Of a DNA stretch of 64,000 nucleotides, positions 59,763 to 64,000 are shown in pieces; within the stretch, counting starts at the first letter, position 1; each line of letters starts with the position of its first letter. The stretch is from NCBI GenBank assembly GCA_036339735.1, contig JAYZAL010000101.1, positions 1 to 64,000 on the forward strand, written 5' to 3'. The DNA comes from Candidatus Poribacteria bacterium. Its GTDB lineage: Bacteria; Poribacteria; WGA-4E; UBA9662. The position numbers were made by a program, and so were the translations under genes. The notes under the pieces were generated by a model. That model was not told where the DNA came from. It worked only from the letters and a program-made list of their open reading frames with translations, and did not search any database.

Positions 59763-60668
59763 ATGCTAAATATTACTGGCAAAACAAGAATCATTGGCGT
59801 CATCGGTTATCCCGTGTCTCATAGTCGTTCTCCACAAATGCACAATGCTGCTATTGCGGATTTAGGTTTGAATTTTGTCTACCTTCCTTTTAATATCAAG
59901 CCCCAAGATCTAGAAGATGCAATTAAGGGATTTAAAGCACAACAATTAGTGGGTGTGAACGTGACCATTCCACACAAACAAGTTGTTATGCCCATGGTAG
60001 ATCAACTTTCCACACAAGCTGATCTCATCGGGGCTGTTAATACTCTGATTTTCGAAGAGGACCAAATTTACGGTCACAATACAGATGCGGAGGGTTTCAT
60101 TCAGGCAATGGAAGAAACTCTTAGTCTATCTCAGATTGAACTACCCCGCCACGCTATCAAAGTCGTTGTTTTAGGAGCTGGTGGTGCTGCACGAGCAATT
60201 ATCGTCGCACTAGCCTTGAATGGCGCAACCGAAATTATCGTCGCTAATCGTACGAAAGCTAGAGCTGAGCAGTTAATTAGAGACTTAGGTTGCAAGTTTT
60301 CAGGGCTCGGGCGAGTGAACCAAGTCCAGCTGAAATTTGCTGAGATTAATTCTGAAGAGCTGGCGAATCACATTTGTACCAGTCATCTCTTGGTTAATAC
60401 TACATCAGTTGGTATGATTACAAATACTGAAATTGACCTATTTAACCTCGATGCCTTGTCTGCTCGAACAGTGGTTTATGACATAGTATATACACCACCT
60501 GTTACAGCCTTGATGAAGGCGGCTCAGATTAGAGGTTGTCCCACTATTGGTGGTATAGGTATGTTGGTTCACCAAGGGGCAATTGCTTTCCAGAAGTGGA
60601 CGAATGTCGTACCAAGTGTCAGTATTATGAGGCAGGCTTTACTTCGGTCTTTGGGTGATAGTACGTAA
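59763..60668 (+). CDS. aroE: Shikimate dehydrogenase
   Basis: GYPVSHSRSPQMHN, NVTIPHK, GAVNT, NTD, LGAGGAAR, DIVYTP, MLVHQG. Confidence 0.96.
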   Translation: MLNITGKTRIIGVIGYPVSHSRSPQMHNAAIADLGLNFVYLPFNIKPQDLEDAIKGFKAQQLVGVNVTIPHKQVVMPMVDQLSTQADLIGAVNTLIFEEDQIYGHNTDAEGFIQAMEETLSLSQIELPRHAIKVVVLGAGGAARAIIVALALNGATEIIVANRTKARAEQLIRDLGCKFSGLGRVNQVQLKFAEINSEELANHICTSHLLVNTTSVGMITNTEIDLFNLDALSARTVVYDIVYTPPVTALMKAAQIRGCPTIGGIGMLVHQGAIAFQKWTNVVPSVSIMRQALLRSLGDST

Positions 60669-60748
60669 ATTTTTCACGAAATTTTATAGGTGAGCGGCTA
60701 CGTATAAATTTATACAAACCTAAATCACATAAACAAAATTAATAAAGT

Positions 60749-61054
60749 ATGACAAATCAAGATTTATCAACAAAAGAAACGAAGACTGAAGCTACAGCTA
60801 TTGAAGTTGATATTTTCAATGTTCGTTACACTGTGAAACCACCAAACAACCTAACAGTTGACGACATTAAGGAGTTAGCAAACTACATTGATGGCTTGAT
60901 GCGCCGATTAGGAAATGACCATGGAACTAATGATCCATTGAGTCGAGCTATCTTAGTCGCACTAAACTTGGCAGCTGAAATGAGAGGTACAAAAGTTGAT
61001 TCGGAAGATACAATTAACGATCTAATTTCTAAACTTGATCAAGTTCTTAGTTAA
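60749..61054 (+). CDS. zapA: Cell division protein ZapA
   Basis: IEVDIFNVRY, LANYIDGLM, AILVALNLAAE. Confidence 0.85.
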   Translation: MTNQDLSTKETKTEATAIEVDIFNVRYTVKPPNNLTVDDIKELANYIDGLMRRLGNDHGTNDPLSRAILVALNLAAEMRGTKVDSEDTINDLISKLDQVLS

Positions 61055-61081
61055 TCGAATCGAAAAAATATTTGATAAATT

Positions 61082-62119
61082 TTGAATCATCGTAATTCCA
61101 ATGATTTTTCAAGCCTGAGTCGACAAGAAGAGATCGATTCGTTTTGCCAAAAATTTACTCTTGTTCAAGCAGAAATTCAAAAGCGTATTATAGGTCAAGA
61201 TACAATCATCGAGAATGTACTGATCGGCTTTTTTGCCGATGGTCATGTATTACTAGAAGGCGTACCAGGCTTAGGAAAAACGAAATTAGTTCAAACCCTG
61301 AGTGAAGCCTTGGGCTTGAAGCATAAGCGGATACAATTCACACCTGATATGATGCCTTCAGACATCACGGGAATCAGGTTATTAGTCGATGATTCTCAAA
61401 GTGAAGCAAGTCATCAAACCCAAAGCCGGTTTGAATTCGAACCTGGGCCAATTTTCTCGCAAATAGTCCTAGCAGACGAAATTAATCGAGCTACTCCACG
61501 TACGCAATCAGCCTTGTTGGAAGCAATGCAGGAGCGAACGGTAAGTGTTTCAAATACCAGCTACCAACTACAAAGACCTTTTTGTGTAGTAGCGACACAA
61601 AATCCATTAGAAATGGATGGAACCTACAGGCTACCAGAAGCTCAATTAGATCGTTTTTTTTTCAAACTTGTATTCAATCTTCCAACAGCTGACCACCTGC
61701 TACAAATTATGCACCAAACGACAACTACAGAAACCGATCGACTCCAGCAAAAGCTGTCTTCTGAACAAATTTTATGGATGCAAAAATTAGTTCTTGAAGT
61801 TCAAATACCCGATTCAGTTGCTAAATACATTGTTCAACTTGTTCGAGCGACACATCCTAATCATCCCGGTAGTCATGATTATGCTAATCAGTATGTTAAA
61901 TTGGGAGCGGGGGTCCGGGGTATGCAAGCTATTACGTTAGCAGCTAAAGTAAAAGCATTACTTGATGCACGTTTAAATATTGATTTTGAAGATTTAGACC
62001 AAGTTGTTTTTCCTGCGCTCCGGCACCGAATCTTGCTTAATTTTGACGCTCAAGCTCAGGGGATAACTACCGACAGCATTATCCAAGAAATTTTAGTTAA
62101 AAAGAAAATAGAAATATGA
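61082..62119 (+). CDS. MoxR-family AAA+ ATPase
   Basis: HVLLEGVPGLGKT, RIQFTPD, LADEINRA, ALLEAMQE, ATQNP, LPEAQLDRF. Confidence 0.95.
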   Translation: MNHRNSNDFSSLSRQEEIDSFCQKFTLVQAEIQKRIIGQDTIIENVLIGFFADGHVLLEGVPGLGKTKLVQTLSEALGLKHKRIQFTPDMMPSDITGIRLLVDDSQSEASHQTQSRFEFEPGPIFSQIVLADEINRATPRTQSALLEAMQERTVSVSNTSYQLQRPFCVVATQNPLEMDGTYRLPEAQLDRFFFKLVFNLPTADHLLQIMHQTTTTETDRLQQKLSSEQILWMQKLVLEVQIPDSVAKYIVQLVRATHPNHPGSHDYANQYVKLGAGVRGMQAITLAAKVKALLDARLNIDFEDLDQVVFPALRHRILLNFDAQAQGITTDSIIQEILVKKKIEI

Positions 62120-63270
62120 CACCAATTGATTTTCAGATTCAAAGTTTAGGTGAATTTCGTCAAGTTGAAATCATCAAGGAGAAGATAGTCAACTTGCCCC
62201 AGTCGGACTTAGAAGTTGGCCTACCACCAATTTTGGAAAGCAACAATTATCATGATATCTTTTCGGCGCTCGGATTGGCAGTTTTTCAAAACTTGCCACC
62301 AGGCAGTGATCTTCAACGTCAACTTCCGATTGCGCATGAATTCTTTTGCGGTGATTTTGTATTCCTAGAGTTTTTAGTTGCTAATTTTAAGTCCAACCAA
62401 AAAACGAAAATCCAACTACGGGATCCTCAACCTGGTCCTACAGACCGGATTGAAAAATTATTTCAGCAACTGCGAGGGTCAATGTACTACGGCGATACAG
62501 AAGCTGCTGATGATGCTGTAACTAAATTATGTAGAACCACTTCAATATTCCAGATTTTTGAGTATATTTTTGAGCTAGGGATTCAAGATATGTCACTCGG
62601 AGCTAAAAAAGCTATAACGTCTGTTCAGTATTGGCAATTATCATCAATTCTTAGGCATAACTGTACTTCTTTATTGTTACGCTCTTTGGTTCGTTATTTT
62701 TGTCAAAGTCTGAACCGTACACCACAGGCCGATCGACACGACATTACTTCTTGGATCGAGAGCGAAAGTTTAGCTAACCAAAAAGGAGATAGTTGGATTT
62801 ATCATTTACCTAGCCGACCGCCAGATGTTCGAAACTTAATGCAAACTATAAGGGACGGGACCTCTCTGGTTGCGCTAGCTAGGGCCGATGAAGCATTACG
62901 TCAAGGTTACCACCCGATTTGGATCTGGTCCGCTATTTTTCAGCTAGCGATATATGAGTGTCAGTTATCAGGTTTCGAACACCCCAAAGACAATACCCTT
63001 TTAGGGGTTGCAAGTCTATTTAAAATAAGTCAACTCGTTCACAATCCATCCTTACGTCTAAAAGCTATGTTTCAAGCTGTGGCGATGGTCGCAAGTCGTA
63101 AAGGAACACACAATAAGAAACTTATATATTCAAATGAGAATATCACTGAATTCTATAATGAACTACATCAAAAAGCTAATGGTGCTTCTTCAACCGACTG
63201 CTTGCAATTTTACGAACTGATATCTGGATTGAACAATTGGTTTAAGTACCAAAGTCTATTCGCAATATGA
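62116..63270 (+). CDS. Hypothetical, mostly alpha-helical protein
   Basis: Long ORF overlapping the MoxR stop (ATGA); no family recognised. Confidence 0.65.
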   Translation: MTPIDFQIQSLGEFRQVEIIKEKIVNLPQSDLEVGLPPILESNNYHDIFSALGLAVFQNLPPGSDLQRQLPIAHEFFCGDFVFLEFLVANFKSNQKTKIQLRDPQPGPTDRIEKLFQQLRGSMYYGDTEAADDAVTKLCRTTSIFQIFEYIFELGIQDMSLGAKKAITSVQYWQLSSILRHNCTSLLLRSLVRYFCQSLNRTPQADRHDITSWIESESLANQKGDSWIYHLPSRPPDVRNLMQTIRDGTSLVALARADEALRQGYHPIWIWSAIFQLAIYECQLSGFEHPKDNTLLGVASLFKISQLVHNPSLRLKAMFQAVAMVASRKGTHNKKLIYSNENITEFYNELHQKANGASSTDCLQFYELISGLNNWFKYQSLFAI

Positions 63271-63306
63271 GATGTCAAACATGTAGATGTTGTGGGGTAT
63301 AATCTA

Positions 63307-64000
63307 ATGCTAGATACTTGGGTGCCACAAGAATTTCACTTGGACGATCGTCAGGATATGGAAAGTCTGGTTGGCCAACGTGCCGACCTACTTGATTCAT
63401 TAGCCAAAGCCAAAATACCTGCAATTGTTTTTCGATCTGTTTACGACCCATCTGATTGTGTGTCGTTAATCCAAAGATTTACCGATATAGGCCTGATACG
63501 TGCCTCTAGGCATCTAGACCAAAGCCAACACTGGATAAATAAAAATATTAACGATGACATGCGTACGCGCATCGATATTGGTACAAGTTTGGGCAATCTA
63601 GGTTCTGACAAAGATTTCTTCTTTCGACATGCGAGAGCCACTCAGTTCCTGTTTAAATTTTTGTTTCAGGGATATATCAATCCTATTCAGCAAGTTTATG
63701 ATAGCTTGTCAACTTTAGCAAAAGGTAAAACTGTAACCACAGCTTATGAAGCTGATGGACAACAATATGGCCCGGCTATTTTTCGTGCTCATTACGAAAG
63801 TCATGCATACAAACCACATATCGATAGTGTCAAGCTGCGGGAGAAACGGATAAATTACAATGTTTATAGATTTGATCATCAATTGGCGGGTGTATTGTGT
63901 TTTCAGAATTCTGATCAAAACAATACCGGAGTTCAATCACTTTTGTATCGCTGCCTATGGTCCCCAGAAGTTCAGGTGATAATTGAAAACAATACTTTTC
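63307..64000 (+). CDS. Probable Fe(II)/2OG oxygenase-like protein, runs off the window end (partial)
   Basis: Not in ORF track; translated by hand: MLDTWVPQ...IPAIVFR...GPAIFRAHY..YKPHIDSV (HxD)..LAGVLCFQ, open to window end. Confidence 0.65.
   Translation, partial: MLDTWVPQEFHLDDRQDMESLVGQRADLLDSLAKAKIPAIVFRSVYDPSDCVSLIQRFTDIGLIRASRHLDQSQHWINKNINDDMRTRIDIGTSLGNLGSDKDFFFRHARATQFLFKFLFQGYINPIQQVYDSLSTLAKGKTVTTAYEADGQQYGPAIFRAHYESHAYKPHIDSVKLREKRINYNVYRFDHQLAGVLCFQNSDQNNTGVQSLLYRCLWSPEVQVIIENNTF

Noticed and set aside
61055-61081. 6S RNA after zapA
   Set aside because: Only 27 bp separate zapA from the MoxR ORF
715-63936. Numerous short ORFs (about 60-125 aa) antisense to or nested in long genes
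   Set aside because: Shadow frames of well-supported CDSs with no independent motifs
1-64000. tRNA, rRNA, CRISPR, IS/integrase or defence island
   Set aside because: No T-loop/cloverleaf, repeat-spacer array, transposase or integrase motifs found by eye; a short ncRNA could have been missed

Overview
AT-rich bacterial chromosomal segment with dense housekeeping and accessory genes. I saw no rRNA, tRNA, CRISPR array or mobile element. The organism is diderm (lpxL, lptCAB, GT9, TonB, Wzi, meso-DAP-type murE). Several traits suggest Candidatus Poribacteria (inference): exported proteins ending in an 'AVxxxGKLxxxWGxxK' tail, several PhyH-family oxygenases, PQQ-like, cohesin-like and T9SS-CTD-like proteins. 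Main blocks: lpxL-lptC-lptA-lptB-rpoN-hprK-HPr; purC; nrdR-nrdJ-prs plus two epimerase paralogs; S8 protease, LamG, TonB and PorV-like genes; a fused NuoE-NuoF diaphorase; a Gfo/TIM-barrel/DUF1080 glycoside-oxidation triad; a short dcw cluster (rsmH-ftsL-ftsI-murE); receiver-dnaK; archease-GT9; a DUF4159 protein; coaX; and a long run from a HAD hydrolase to aroE, zapA and MoxR. Most notable observations: (1) NrdR carries two extra tandem winged-HTH repeats and sits behind tandem NrdR boxes. (2) The HPr of the rpoN operon has Asp in place of the catalytic His15. (3) A sigma54-driven, stand-alone protein combines a TonB-type SxxxH anchor and Pro-rich linker with a DUF4159 domain in place of TonB_C. 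(4) A sigma54-driven receiver/DnaK-paralog operon. (5) An orphan archaeal-type beta-RFAP synthase. (6) A shared C-terminal tail on unrelated exported proteins. All calls come from motif reading only; no database searches were run.
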